A stretch of DNA of 55,491 nucleotides from a virus (taxonomy: Duplodnaviria; Caudoviricetes). Below the pieces are notes generated by a model that was not told the DNA's origin, searched no databases, and was given only the letters and a program-made list of their open reading frames with translations. Shown here piece after piece: positions 27,527-37,025 of this stretch (the stretch's first letter is position 1; each line of letters opens with the position of its first letter). Both the position numbers and the translations under genes were made by a program. The DNA lies in IMG/VR virus record IMGVR_UViG_3300021964_004668, positions 1 to 55,491 of that record; one strand, written 5' to 3'.

Positions 27527-27822
27527 TGACAGAATATAAAACATCAATTATTGATGATGGTGTTCGATCTGAACTTTCTTCTTGGATGACGCCCGAGGGT
27601 TTGGAACTGTCTCTATTCATGGGTGCTAACAGTGAACCAGTCATTGAGGGTTTGGTATTGTATAAAGATCTGATTGATCAGGAACTTGAAGCATGTCGAA
27701 TGCCTAGTGGGGATAAGACAAGCTTGTTTGGCCAATATGATCATCATGCTGACTTGTTTGTGGAGGCTCTAGAAGAGGCTGCCGCATACGCACGAAAAGA
27801 ACTGGAGTTTAGACGAGCATGA
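27526..27822 (+). CDS. hypothetical protein
   Basis: GGAG SD; TAATG overlap. Confidence 0.7.
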   Translation: MTEYKTSIIDDGVRSELSSWMTPEGLELSLFMGANSEPVIEGLVLYKDLIDQELEACRMPSGDKTSLFGQYDHHADLFVEALEEAAAYARKELEFRRA

Positions 27823-27986
27823 CATTTATCCATGAACAAGTGGAACAAACCATACTAGCACAAGCAAGACGTTTATATCACCACGTGGTCAATGGCGGTA
27901 AGTTGAAACCTGAAGATGTTTCTTACATGGTATCTGCTCTTGAGGAAGCCTACAAGAAACTAGAACGAGCAAAGATAGAAGAATAA
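27819..27986 (+). CDS. hypothetical protein (55 aa, not in ORF track)
   Basis: MTFIHEQVEQ...AKIEE*; overlaps both neighbours. Confidence 0.65.
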   Translation: MTFIHEQVEQTILAQARRLYHHVVNGGKLKPEDVSYMVSALEEAYKKLERAKIEE

Positions 27987-28663
27987 TGTTTGAACACGTA
28001 AACGTCGAACTGACTGAGATGGACGCAGTCACTACCGACTCTGGTCGTAAGTACAAAACGCCAGAGGGTATTAACCTACCGTCCATCACAACGGTTCTAT
28101 CGATACTGTCACGCGACTCTATCGCCAAGTGGCGTAAGCGAGTCGGTGAGGCAGAAGCCAACAAGATCTCTACCCGCGCATCGGGTCGTGGTACTCGTGT
28201 GCATGAAATTATCGAAAAGTACATCAATAACGAGGAGGATTTCCGAGATGGTTACACACCCGATATTATTTCTTCTTTTAATGATGTTCGGGATATTCTC
28301 GACAATCGTATTGGGCGCGTATATGCCCAAGAAGCTCCGTTATACTCTAATCACCTTGGCGTGGCTGGTCGCGTGGATTGTGTTGCTGAGTTCGATGGTA
28401 AACTATCAATCATAGACTTCAAGACTTCGATGAAACCTAAACGACTTGAGTGGATCAAGAACTACTTCATGCAAGAGTCTGCCTACGCCATCATGTGGGA
28501 AGAACGCACGGGTATGCCGATCACTCAGTTGGTCACCATTATCTCAGTTGACAATAATGAACCTCAAGTGTTCATTGAGCACCGTGACAATTGGGTTAAC
28601 AGCCTGCAAAATACCATAGAGAAATACAACGAAGAGCAAAATTCGACTTCCATTTTATTATAA
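27986..28663 (+). CDS. PD-(D/E)xK exonuclease
   Basis: PSITTVL, GTRVHEIIE, AGRVDCV, IIDFKTS, QESAY. Confidence 0.88.
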   Translation: MFEHVNVELTEMDAVTTDSGRKYKTPEGINLPSITTVLSILSRDSIAKWRKRVGEAEANKISTRASGRGTRVHEIIEKYINNEEDFRDGYTPDIISSFNDVRDILDNRIGRVYAQEAPLYSNHLGVAGRVDCVAEFDGKLSIIDFKTSMKPKRLEWIKNYFMQESAYAIMWEERTGMPITQLVTIISVDNNEPQVFIEHRDNWVNSLQNTIEKYNEEQNSTSILL

Positions 28664-28666
28664 ATA
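28659..28666 (+). promoter_or_regulatory. T4-type late promoter heading the internal-protein cluster
   Basis: TATAAATA. Confidence 0.8.
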
Positions 28667-28707
28667 GTGTTATAATACACTTTTGTAACAATGGGAATAA
28701 TCGAATA

Positions 28708-29781
28708 ATGCAGAAGTTTAATACCTTTCTGTCTGAGGGATTAAAAGCAGAGGATTATGAAGCATCTATCGTGATGGGATTCTACGAACTTACTGGTAGA
28801 CCCATTACTGATAATCCTCTAAAGTACGGTATCTCTGATAAAGTATTCAATATTATTAAGGGTAATCCTAAAGCATTAGACGCGGGTCGCAAGATCGCTG
28901 AGTCGGTGTTAAAACAATACCCCGCATTGAAGAACAAAGAAGCAGAACAGTATGGTCGTGCAAAGGCGACACTGACTAACTTCTGGAAATCTCATGGTGC
29001 GTCTGACATTACACCCAAGACAGATGTTTTGATTGGTGATATGCGATTCTCTGTTAAGATTGGTATCGCACAGTTGATGTCTGGCGGTAAAGCAGAATCG
29101 ACTGCCACCTTCGAGGCCGCAACCAAGAACTCCAACCCCGAACTCAAGAAATCCCCACAATACAAAGCAACGGTTGATGTCCTAGAAGGATTTGTAAAGA
29201 ACACTCTCGCACCATCTCAATTAAGACCCTTGATTAAGTCTGGTACTGACCCTGTAGTAAACAAGGCAGAGAAAGCACATAAAGACTGTATGGAAGAGTT
29301 GGGTAAACTGTTCAACGAATCTAAATCATTCAAGGTTGAGTTTGCACGAGAGGCGATGTCTGGATACGAGAAGTTTGGAAGAACCTCAAACGCTGCCGCT
29401 GAGTTTATGTTAGTTGCCTCGGCCGATGGTGGTACAGTTAAAATACATTCGGTAGATGATGATGCTTACTGTTTGAAGATTGCAAATGCAATGAAACTAC
29501 AGGCAAGATTCAAGACATCATCTCGTAAAATCAAAAAGGTTAAGACTGGTGAGTACAACTACTGGTCAGTTATATCTCTTATTGTAGACTCTATGCAAGA
29601 CTCTGAGGAACTCAGTGAGAGTATAGAGTTACAGGAATTAAAACTGTTAAAAACTATTCGTGGGTGGATGTCTAAGACTTGGAATAAGGTTACGGCATTC
29701 TATAAAAAAGGTGTTGACAAACTAAAGTCATTTCTTGGGGCAGAACCAGACCCGTCATTCCGAAATAAGATAAAATTCTAA
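28708..29781 (+). CDS. putative internal head protein with nuclease-like motif
   Basis: CTS-like start MQKFNTFLSE; TPKTDVLIGDMRFSVK resembles a PD-(D/E)xK-type core. Confidence 0.55.
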   Translation: MQKFNTFLSEGLKAEDYEASIVMGFYELTGRPITDNPLKYGISDKVFNIIKGNPKALDAGRKIAESVLKQYPALKNKEAEQYGRAKATLTNFWKSHGASDITPKTDVLIGDMRFSVKIGIAQLMSGGKAESTATFEAATKNSNPELKKSPQYKATVDVLEGFVKNTLAPSQLRPLIKSGTDPVVNKAEKAHKDCMEELGKLFNESKSFKVEFAREAMSGYEKFGRTSNAAAEFMLVASADGGTVKIHSVDDDAYCLKIANAMKLQARFKTSSRKIKKVKTGEYNYWSVISLIVDSMQDSEELSESIELQELKLLKTIRGWMSKTWNKVTAFYKKGVDKLKSFLGAEPDPSFRNKIKF

Positions 29782-31001
29782 TGAACTTCACCGATTTCAT
29801 AACAGAACAGAAGAACACTCACATGACCCACATTGAGGACAAGGTTCTCTATGGTGGTGTGAGTGGTACGCGACAGGCCATCAATGCGTTACGCGAGTTG
29901 CGTGACATGTTGGCGGGTCAGACGAGTTCTAAACTATCTACCAAGTGGGATGGTGCTCCCGCAATCTTCTGCGGTCAAGATCCCACCGATGGCGAGTTCT
30001 TTGTTGCCAAGAAGGGTGTGTTCGCAAAGAACCCCAAGGTCTATAAGACTGCGGCGGAGATCGATGGTGACATGTCTGGTGACCTTGCAGACAAGATGAA
30101 ACTTGCATTAAAACATTTGCCAGAACTTGGTATAAAGGGTATAATTCAGGGTGACTTCTTGTTCTCAAAACCAGATCTCAGCACCGAGACTATTGAGGGT
30201 CAGAAGTATGTGACCTTCCACCCTAACACGATTATCTATGCTGTACCCTATGATCAGGCAGATGCACTGCGTAAGGCCAAGATCGGTATCGTATGGCACA
30301 CCACCTACACGGGCAGTTCGTTTGAGTCACTGAAAGCATCCTATGGTGTGGACGTATCCAAGTTCAAGAACTCCGCAAACGTCTGGTCACAAGACGCCAT
30401 GTTGCGTGATGTGTCCGGTGCGACAATGAATAAGAGAGAGACTGCCGAAGTGACGAAGCATCTGTCCGATGCGGGTAAGATCTTCAATAAGATCTCCGGT
30501 ACGACACTGCGTGAGTTAGAACGTAATCAAGACCTTGCTCAACTTATTGAACAGTACAATAACACTTTTGTGCGGCAACAAATGGTCATTTCTAACACTA
30601 ATACGCACGTAACAGGTTTAATCAAGTGGTTGAATGATAAGTTTCAGAAAGAGATGGATAAGAGAAGTACCGCTGCGGGTAAGAAGACCCAGCAGGACAA
30701 ACTGGATGCACTCATGAAATTCTTCTCTCCGAAGAACAAAAAGAATCTAGTTGCAATGTTTGATTTGCAAAAAAGTATTGTTCTTGCGAAGTTAAAACTT
30801 ATAAATAAACTTAATAGCATATCTTCATATGACACTTTTGTTCAGACTAAGAAAGGTTATAAGGTTAGAACGGGTGCAGAAGGATTTGTTGCTATTGACA
30901 AATTAGGTGGTGATGCGGTCAAGTTGGTTGACCGTCTAGAATTTTCGTATAATAACTTCAGTCCAGATATACTGAAGGGATGGGATAAACCAAAGAGGTA
31001 A
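29781..31001 (+). CDS. RNA-ligase-like nucleotidyltransferase (DUF6267-like), putative internal protein
   Basis: MNFTDFITE start; KWDGAP (motif I), QGDFLF, EGFV (IV), KLVDR (V). Confidence 0.7.
   Translation: MNFTDFITEQKNTHMTHIEDKVLYGGVSGTRQAINALRELRDMLAGQTSSKLSTKWDGAPAIFCGQDPTDGEFFVAKKGVFAKNPKVYKTAAEIDGDMSGDLADKMKLALKHLPELGIKGIIQGDFLFSKPDLSTETIEGQKYVTFHPNTIIYAVPYDQADALRKAKIGIVWHTTYTGSSFESLKASYGVDVSKFKNSANVWSQDAMLRDVSGATMNKRETAEVTKHLSDAGKIFNKISGTTLRELERNQDLAQLIEQYNNTFVRQQMVISNTNTHVTGLIKWLNDKFQKEMDKRSTAAGKKTQQDKLDALMKFFSPKNKKNLVAMFDLQKSIVLAKLKLINKLNSISSYDTFVQTKKGYKVRTGAEGFVAIDKLGGDAVKLVDRLEFSYNNFSPDILKGWDKPKR
30800..30807 (+). promoter_or_regulatory. possible internal late promoter
   Basis: TATAAATA about 200 nt before ATG 31004. 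Confidence 0.5.
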
Positions 31002-31003
31002 AC

Positions 31004-31480
31004 ATGGCTAAACCAATGAGCCTAAAGACATTCCTGAACGTGGATTACACCCAGACGGGCGATCCGCAACAAGCGTACAACGCAAAGAAGCGCAAGCGAG
31101 ATAGCGGTGCGGGAACTGATGCTGAGTATTCATCAACGAATCCCCCGAATGAGGCACTCAACGTACAACAACGTATGAAGTTGTCTCGCTCTCTCAAAAA
31201 GAACAAAGCAAAGATTGCTATGGGTCGCAAACGTGCTGCCCGTAAAGTTGCTAATGTTGACACTCTAAAGAAACGTGCACAGAAACAGGCACGTATGCAG
31301 TTCCTCAAGAAGATTACCAAAGACACCCCCAAGGACGAATTGTCTCTGTCCCGTAGACAGGACATTGAGAAACGTCTAGATAAGATGAAACCCAAGATCG
31401 ACAAACTTGCACGGAAGTTGCTTCCTCAAGTTCGTAAGGGTGAACTTGAAAAGAAACGAGGTGGTCAAAAGAGTGATTAA
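31004..31480 (+). CDS. highly basic hypothetical protein
   Basis: K/R-rich; GAGGT SD. Confidence 0.75.
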   Translation: MAKPMSLKTFLNVDYTQTGDPQQAYNAKKRKRDSGAGTDAEYSSTNPPNEALNVQQRMKLSRSLKKNKAKIAMGRKRAARKVANVDTLKKRAQKQARMQFLKKITKDTPKDELSLSRRQDIEKRLDKMKPKIDKLARKLLPQVRKGELEKKRGGQKSD

Positions 31481-33446
31481 GAATTTCAAATCCTATCTGG
31501 TCGAAGAGGCTAAAGAGGTTTATTTTACCTTTGGTAGAATGAATCCGCCTACTATCGGGCATGGGAAAGTATTAGAGACTATCGCAAAGAAGGCTGGTGG
31601 CGCTGACTGGAAGGTCTATGTGTCTCAGTCTGTTGGCCCCAAAGATCCTCTATCCTACTCCGACAAGGTCAAACACCTACGCAAGATGTTCCCCAAGTAT
31701 GGTCGTAACATCATGGTGGACAAGGGTGTTAAGAATGTATTTGACATTGCTGCCAAGTTATACGATCAAGGATACAAACGAATCACCATGGTAGTCGGAG
31801 AAGACCGTCTACGTGAGTTTGAAGTCCTACTGAACAAATACAACGGTAAGAAAGCACGCCACGGGTTCTATAACTTTGAGTCCATCAATATCGTGTCTGC
31901 GGGTCGCAGAGATCCCGATGCAGAAGGTGTCGAAGGTATGTCTGCGTCCAAGCAACGTGCCAATGCCAAAGAGAACGATTACCAATCATTTACTCAGGGT
32001 GTTCCCAAAGGTATGTCCGACAAGGACACTCGTAGGTTGTTCAATGATGTGCGTAAGGGTATGGGTCTCAAGGAAGAGACCTCATTCAAGCGTCACATTG
32101 AGATGCCTACTGTTTCCGAAACAAGAGAACAGTTTGTCAAGGGTGAACTCTTTGAGTTGGGTGATACTGTTGTTATCAAAGAAAGCGAAGAGGTCGGTGT
32201 CGTATCTCATCTGGGCGCAAACTACGTTATCGTAGAGTCCGGTGACCGTAAGATGCGTAAGTGGTTGGATGCGGTAGAACTGGTCGAGAAGAAGTTGACC
32301 CCCGCTGAGATCAAGAAACGCGAAGAGATTGCGAAGGCAATGGAACGCGAGAACCCCGACATGCCGATGGACAAGAAGATGGCCATCGCGACTGCAACCG
32401 CAAAACGAGTTGCAGAGAAACAAGATCCTGACATCAAGGACAGAGAAGGGACTCAACCCGCACGTTATCACAAGGGACTCAAGAAGTCTACTAAGGCGAA
32501 ACGTGACGCACACTTCAAGAAGCATGGCAAGAAGGCGGATGATGATCCGTCTGCGTACAAACCTGCTCCTGGCGATAAGACCGCTAAAACCAAACCGTCC
32601 AAGTACACCAAAGCATTCAAAGACATGTATGAGGAAGTATCTCAGAAACAACTCAATGACCTTGAGAAGTTTGCTGATAGACTACTCAAGAAGTTCGATG
32701 TCGATGTTGAGTTCACACGTCACTTCGCTGACCGTATGAATGACAAACGCAACAAACCTGCTATCACAGTTGCAGAATTGCAACGTGTGTTTAAGAAGAT
32801 TGCGAAGAACAAAGCAAAGAACATTAGACAGAATCCTGATAGTGAAGCAGTCATTAAAGACTTACAGATGGATTTGAACTTACCTGTTGTTATCAAGTAT
32901 GACCGCAACAAGGATGAGTTCGAGGTAGTCAACAAGACTATCATGCGTAAGAAAGATTTCAAGACTACTTCTAAGACCATCACCACCGAAGAGAATGGTG
33001 CTGGAGATGAGGGTACTGATAAGTTAGTCAAGAAGTACAAGAAAGATACTCCTCTAGAAGAAAGAAAGTTTATTGACTTTACAAACCCTGTATTTGGTGA
33101 TATACTAGACAAATTAGTTAATGGTGACCTCTACAAGAAAGTGATCCGTAAGTATCTAGATGCAAGACGTAAGAATCCTAAACAGGGTCAAGCATTGTTG
33201 GTCAAGATTGCTCGTCAATATGGTGTCCCCGCGAAACAGACTCAGAATCTGTTCTTCAAACTCTTGGATAAGGGTGCCCTACCTAAGCACCTTGACTGGA
33301 GAGACAAGGCATTTGGTGAGGATGCTGTCCAACAAGCACGAGATGCAATCGCTCGTGAGAAAGAACAAGACAAGGCGAAGCATGATCGTATTCTAGATCG
33401 TGCGCGACTGGCCCGAGCAAAGGCAAAGAATAGAGAAACCAAATGA
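31473..33446 (+). CDS. HIGH-family nucleotidyltransferase fused to several small domains
   Basis: GTG start after GAGGT; FGRMNPPTIGH, DPLSY, VGEDR, MSASKQR; C-terminal modules separated by xxE sites. Confidence 0.85.
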   Translation: MIKNFKSYLVEEAKEVYFTFGRMNPPTIGHGKVLETIAKKAGGADWKVYVSQSVGPKDPLSYSDKVKHLRKMFPKYGRNIMVDKGVKNVFDIAAKLYDQGYKRITMVVGEDRLREFEVLLNKYNGKKARHGFYNFESINIVSAGRRDPDAEGVEGMSASKQRANAKENDYQSFTQGVPKGMSDKDTRRLFNDVRKGMGLKEETSFKRHIEMPTVSETREQFVKGELFELGDTVVIKESEEVGVVSHLGANYVIVESGDRKMRKWLDAVELVEKKLTPAEIKKREEIAKAMERENPDMPMDKKMAIATATAKRVAEKQDPDIKDREGTQPARYHKGLKKSTKAKRDAHFKKHGKKADDDPSAYKPAPGDKTAKTKPSKYTKAFKDMYEEVSQKQLNDLEKFADRLLKKFDVDVEFTRHFADRMNDKRNKPAITVAELQRVFKKIAKNKAKNIRQNPDSEAVIKDLQMDLNLPVVIKYDRNKDEFEVVNKTIMRKKDFKTTSKTITTEENGAGDEGTDKLVKKYKKDTPLEERKFIDFTNPVFGDILDKLVNGDLYKKVIRKYLDARRKNPKQGQALLVKIARQYGVPAKQTQNLFFKLLDKGALPKHLDWRDKAFGEDAVQQARDAIAREKEQDKAKHDRILDRARLARAKAKNRETK

Positions 33447-33661
33447 ATCTATACGAAGCGGATGATGCCCTGAAAAAGAAAGCAGAGAAATCTGGTATCT
33501 CTTATGGGACTCTCAAGAAAGTTTACAACCGTGGTGTTGCCGCGTGGAAGACTGGTCATAGGCCAGGCACTACTCCTCAACAGTGGGGTTATGCCCGTGT
33601 CAATGCCTTCATAGTCAAGAAGAAAAAAGGTGGTCTGAACCACGATAAGGATCTGGCATGA
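33443..33661 (+). CDS. DUF5824-like basic protein (C-terminal half)
   Basis: VYNRGVAAWKTGHRPGTTPQQWGYARVNAF; family name recalled from memory. Confidence 0.6.
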   Translation: MNLYEADDALKKKAEKSGISYGTLKKVYNRGVAAWKTGHRPGTTPQQWGYARVNAFIVKKKKGGLNHDKDLA

Positions 33662-33954
33662 AATCATACTGGGACATAGTCACAGAACTTAAAGAGGGAA
33701 AGAACGATTACCCTCTGTACCATAAGACCTATTCGGGTGCAATGAGTGCCGCATACGCATTCGCAAAGAAGAAAGGGTTTGAGGTAGACAAGGACGATAT
33801 TGATAGTAAGGTGGCAATGGGGCCCAAGAAACCGTCCAATGGTAAGACCAATAGTTTTACTCTCAAGTTGGATGGTGAGAAACGCAAGATGCTTGCCGTA
33901 CAGGTTACAAACCTTGATAATAAACGATACGAACTAAACGCATACATCACTTAG
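33658..33954 (+). CDS. hypothetical, putative internal protein
   Basis: MKSYWDIVTELKE start; ATGA overlap. Confidence 0.7.
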   Translation: MKSYWDIVTELKEGKNDYPLYHKTYSGAMSAAYAFAKKKGFEVDKDDIDSKVAMGPKKPSNGKTNSFTLKLDGEKRKMLAVQVTNLDNKRYELNAYIT

Positions 33955-33962
33955 GACTCAGA

Positions 33963-35201
33963 ATGAAAAGACTATCAGAAATCAGTGAAGCGATTGACTT
34001 CATGAAGACAGCCAAAGCTCTGGAAGATTACGCCAAGAAGTCTGGCGGTATTGATAAAGAATCTTTCCAGAAGGTTGCTGCATATGTACGTGAGATTGGT
34101 AGGAACTCATCTACCATGGTACAGAACAAGGCGTTTACGGCGATGAAGAAGTTTATCGGCGGTATGGACACTGATCCTCGTGATGGTGTGTTGCAGATCC
34201 TACAGAAACATGGTATGTTCAAGAATGGTCGTTTGATGCAGGAGTCTGTAGAAGAGATCACTGAGTTCTCGGATGCTCAACTGGCACAACTCAAGAAGGC
34301 ATATCAAAACCTAGAAAAGATCAATGTTGCTTCACCTACCTATAAGAAGTTGAAGAAAATGATCGCAAGCATGGACGCAAAGATGCTTGAGAAGGTTGCT
34401 CGTGCGAAGGTCAAGTTTGTATCTCAGATTGCTGCAAGGGAACTCGCTGCAAAGGGCGTCAAGTTAAAAGCAAAGGACTACATGGAAGAAGTCCAAGAAG
34501 CAGTCTCTCCTGCTCAACAGGCTGCGATTGCAATCTCTAAGAAAGAGAGGGGTGAGAAACCAAAAGCAATGAAAGAAGACGGTCATAATGATGTAGAGTC
34601 TATGAAGAATAAAGTCAAGACTGCTATGTCTGCACTTCAAAAGATGAATACTGAACTTGGTAAATTGGGCGATCAAGACTCGTTACCAACTTGGTGGACA
34701 AATAAAGTTGCTGTTGCGGTTGATAAACTTGATGGTATGGCAGACTATATTGATACCCAAGTTGAATCTGTTGACGAATGTGCATCTGAGGATGACTTCA
34801 AACCACATATGATGTATGATCCTAAGACGGGCAAAGGTTACAAGGCAAATAAGTATGCTGACCATGTTCGTATGGACAAGATGGGTTACACCCACGAGAA
34901 ACCAGAAATCAAAGAAAGAAAGATTGACCCTGCCGATGTAGATAATGACGCGACTGATGATGACCGTAAGGCGGCTGATAAGAATGTTGTTATGCAAATA
35001 CGAAAAGCAGCGGATCTAGAAAAAGGATCTGATATTGAGTTCAAGGATGGTAAGAAAGGTAAACTGTCTCAAGCGGATGCCAAGAAACTGACCAATATGT
35101 TCAACACCCTGAAACGACCCGCTGACAAAGAGAAGTTTCAGAAGGTGGTCTCCAAGGATCTTCGATCTGTCAAAGCCCTACTAAAGAGGTTAGGACGATA
35201 A
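33963..35201 (+). CDS. modular charged protein, putative internal polyprotein
   Basis: MKRLSEISE start; helical modules separated by Glu-rich linkers. Confidence 0.7.
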   Translation: MKRLSEISEAIDFMKTAKALEDYAKKSGGIDKESFQKVAAYVREIGRNSSTMVQNKAFTAMKKFIGGMDTDPRDGVLQILQKHGMFKNGRLMQESVEEITEFSDAQLAQLKKAYQNLEKINVASPTYKKLKKMIASMDAKMLEKVARAKVKFVSQIAARELAAKGVKLKAKDYMEEVQEAVSPAQQAAIAISKKERGEKPKAMKEDGHNDVESMKNKVKTAMSALQKMNTELGKLGDQDSLPTWWTNKVAVAVDKLDGMADYIDTQVESVDECASEDDFKPHMMYDPKTGKGYKANKYADHVRMDKMGYTHEKPEIKERKIDPADVDNDATDDDRKAADKNVVMQIRKAADLEKGSDIEFKDGKKGKLSQADAKKLTNMFNTLKRPADKEKFQKVVSKDLRSVKALLKRLGR

Positions 35202-35202
35202 G

Positions 35203-36510
35203 ATGGCACAGTTTAGTACCACCACAGGCGATTTACTAAGAAACAACGAAACAATCTACGAAGTTGTTATGACATCTGGACAGGCAGGCCCTTCCACATA
35301 TGTTCCTAATGGTAATTTGAATACCTCGTCTGATGCATTTGGTAGAACGAGAATCTCGCAACCACTAACATTGTTTGATAGTTCGCACAGATATGCTGAT
35401 AACGATTTGTGGGCAGAGGATACTACTGGAACTGCAAGTAGCACATTTAACTCAAATGCTGGTTTGGTTGAACTTGATGTTGGCAGTGCAAGTGGTGATG
35501 AGATTCTTCGTGAGACAAAAAAAGTTTTCTCATATCAGCCAGGCAAGTCATTGTTGATTATGAATACATTTATGTTCGCTGAACCTAAAACAAACCTAAG
35601 ACAGCGTGTGGGGTATTTTGGCACAGACAATGGTATTTACTTAGAACAAGATGGAACTACTGTTAATTTTGTTGAGAGAAGTTTAGTCACTGGTTCTGTA
35701 ACCGAAAGTAAAATTCAACAATCTGATTGGAATGTTGATAAACTAGATGGAGATGGGCGTTCGGGAGTAACATTAGACCTAACCAAAGCACAAATTCTTT
35801 GGATGGATTTGGAGTGGTTAGGACTTGGTAGTGCAAGAGTAGGATTTATTATCAATGGACAGTTTATTTGCTGTCATATCTTCCATCACGCAAACTTGAC
35901 GGACTCAACGTATATCACAACTGCATCTCTTCCTCTAAGACAAGAGATTACAAATACTGGATTAACCTCTGGTGCAAGTCAAGCAAAACAAGTTTGTGCT
36001 ACTGTTATGTCTGAGGGTGGTTATGAACTGAGAGGTAGACAACACGCAATTGGAATTCCGATTACATCCGCCTATTCTTTGACAACTGCGGGAACATTTT
36101 ATCCTATCGTTTCAATAAGATTAAAGTCTACAAGACTAGATGCGATTGTTATTAATACCGCACTGTCTATATTGGGTGTTGGTAATGGTATAAACTTTGC
36201 TTGGCGACTTGTTGCAGGAGGAGTTGTTACTACCGCATCTTGGACAAGTGCTGGAGCAAATTCATCTGTTGAATATACAATATCTGGAACGGCACATGAT
36301 GGTGGCGGTAGAGTTCTTGCTACGGGTTTCATCAACTCATCTAATCAAGGTTCGCCAACAATTGATATTCTAAAGGAAGCCTTGTTTAAGTTTCAGTTGG
36401 AAAGGGATACATTTACAGACACTCCCGAACCACTAACATTCTTGGTGGCGGCTGCAACTGATAGTCAAGAAATATTTGCGTCAATGGATTGGGAAGAAAT
36501 TACAAGATAA
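35203..36510 (+). CDS. putative virion structural protein (beta-rich)
   Basis: T/S/G-rich; DAFGRTRIS, YQPGKS, WLGLGSARVGF; in late region. Confidence 0.6.
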   Translation: MAQFSTTTGDLLRNNETIYEVVMTSGQAGPSTYVPNGNLNTSSDAFGRTRISQPLTLFDSSHRYADNDLWAEDTTGTASSTFNSNAGLVELDVGSASGDEILRETKKVFSYQPGKSLLIMNTFMFAEPKTNLRQRVGYFGTDNGIYLEQDGTTVNFVERSLVTGSVTESKIQQSDWNVDKLDGDGRSGVTLDLTKAQILWMDLEWLGLGSARVGFIINGQFICCHIFHHANLTDSTYITTASLPLRQEITNTGLTSGASQAKQVCATVMSEGGYELRGRQHAIGIPITSAYSLTTAGTFYPIVSIRLKSTRLDAIVINTALSILGVGNGINFAWRLVAGGVVTTASWTSAGANSSVEYTISGTAHDGGGRVLATGFINSSNQGSPTIDILKEALFKFQLERDTFTDTPEPLTFLVAAATDSQEIFASMDWEEITR

Positions 36511-37025
36511 TGAAAACATTTAACGAACATTGTGACTGCGGATCAGAGTCAGATCTGGTAGAGAACAATATCTTCCGTGTGGGATCAGAGAAGTACTTTG
36601 AGTACTGGCGTGACCTACGCGAACAGTATCACAATGGTGAACTGCAAGTACAACCCCACGAGGTAGACATCATGGAGTCTGACCTTGGAGAGTTTGCCGA
36701 GTTCAATGGTGAGAATGTTGCACTGGACTGCATCTTTGAAGCAGAGAAGAAACAACCAGAACTGAACAAACCGAAGGCGGGTGGGCCCAAGAAGTACTAT
36801 GTGTACGTCAAAGATCCGTCTACAGGTAATATCAAGAAGGTGTCTTGGGGTGATACGACTGGACTCAAAGTCAAGTTGAATGATCCGAAGGCACGTAAGT
36901 CATTTGCTGCTCGTCATAAGTGTGACCAACAGAACGATAAGACTAAGGCGGCATACTGGGCATGTAGATTGCCTAGATATGCAAAGCAACTCGGTTTATC
37001 GGGTGGTGGGAGTTTCTTTTGGTGA
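36510..37025 (+). CDS. hypothetical, putative internal protein
   Basis: MKTFNE start; basic C-terminal domain KKYYVYV...ARKSFAARHKC...AAYWAC after CIFE. Confidence 0.75.
   Translation: MKTFNEHCDCGSESDLVENNIFRVGSEKYFEYWRDLREQYHNGELQVQPHEVDIMESDLGEFAEFNGENVALDCIFEAEKKQPELNKPKAGGPKKYYVYVKDPSTGNIKKVSWGDTTGLKVKLNDPKARKSFAARHKCDQQNDKTKAAYWACRLPRYAKQLGLSGGGSFFW

Noticed and set aside
27986-28663. Exonuclease as a Cas4 / CRISPR component
   Set aside because: No Fe-S cysteine cluster, no cas genes and no array; an ordinary T4-like phage nuclease
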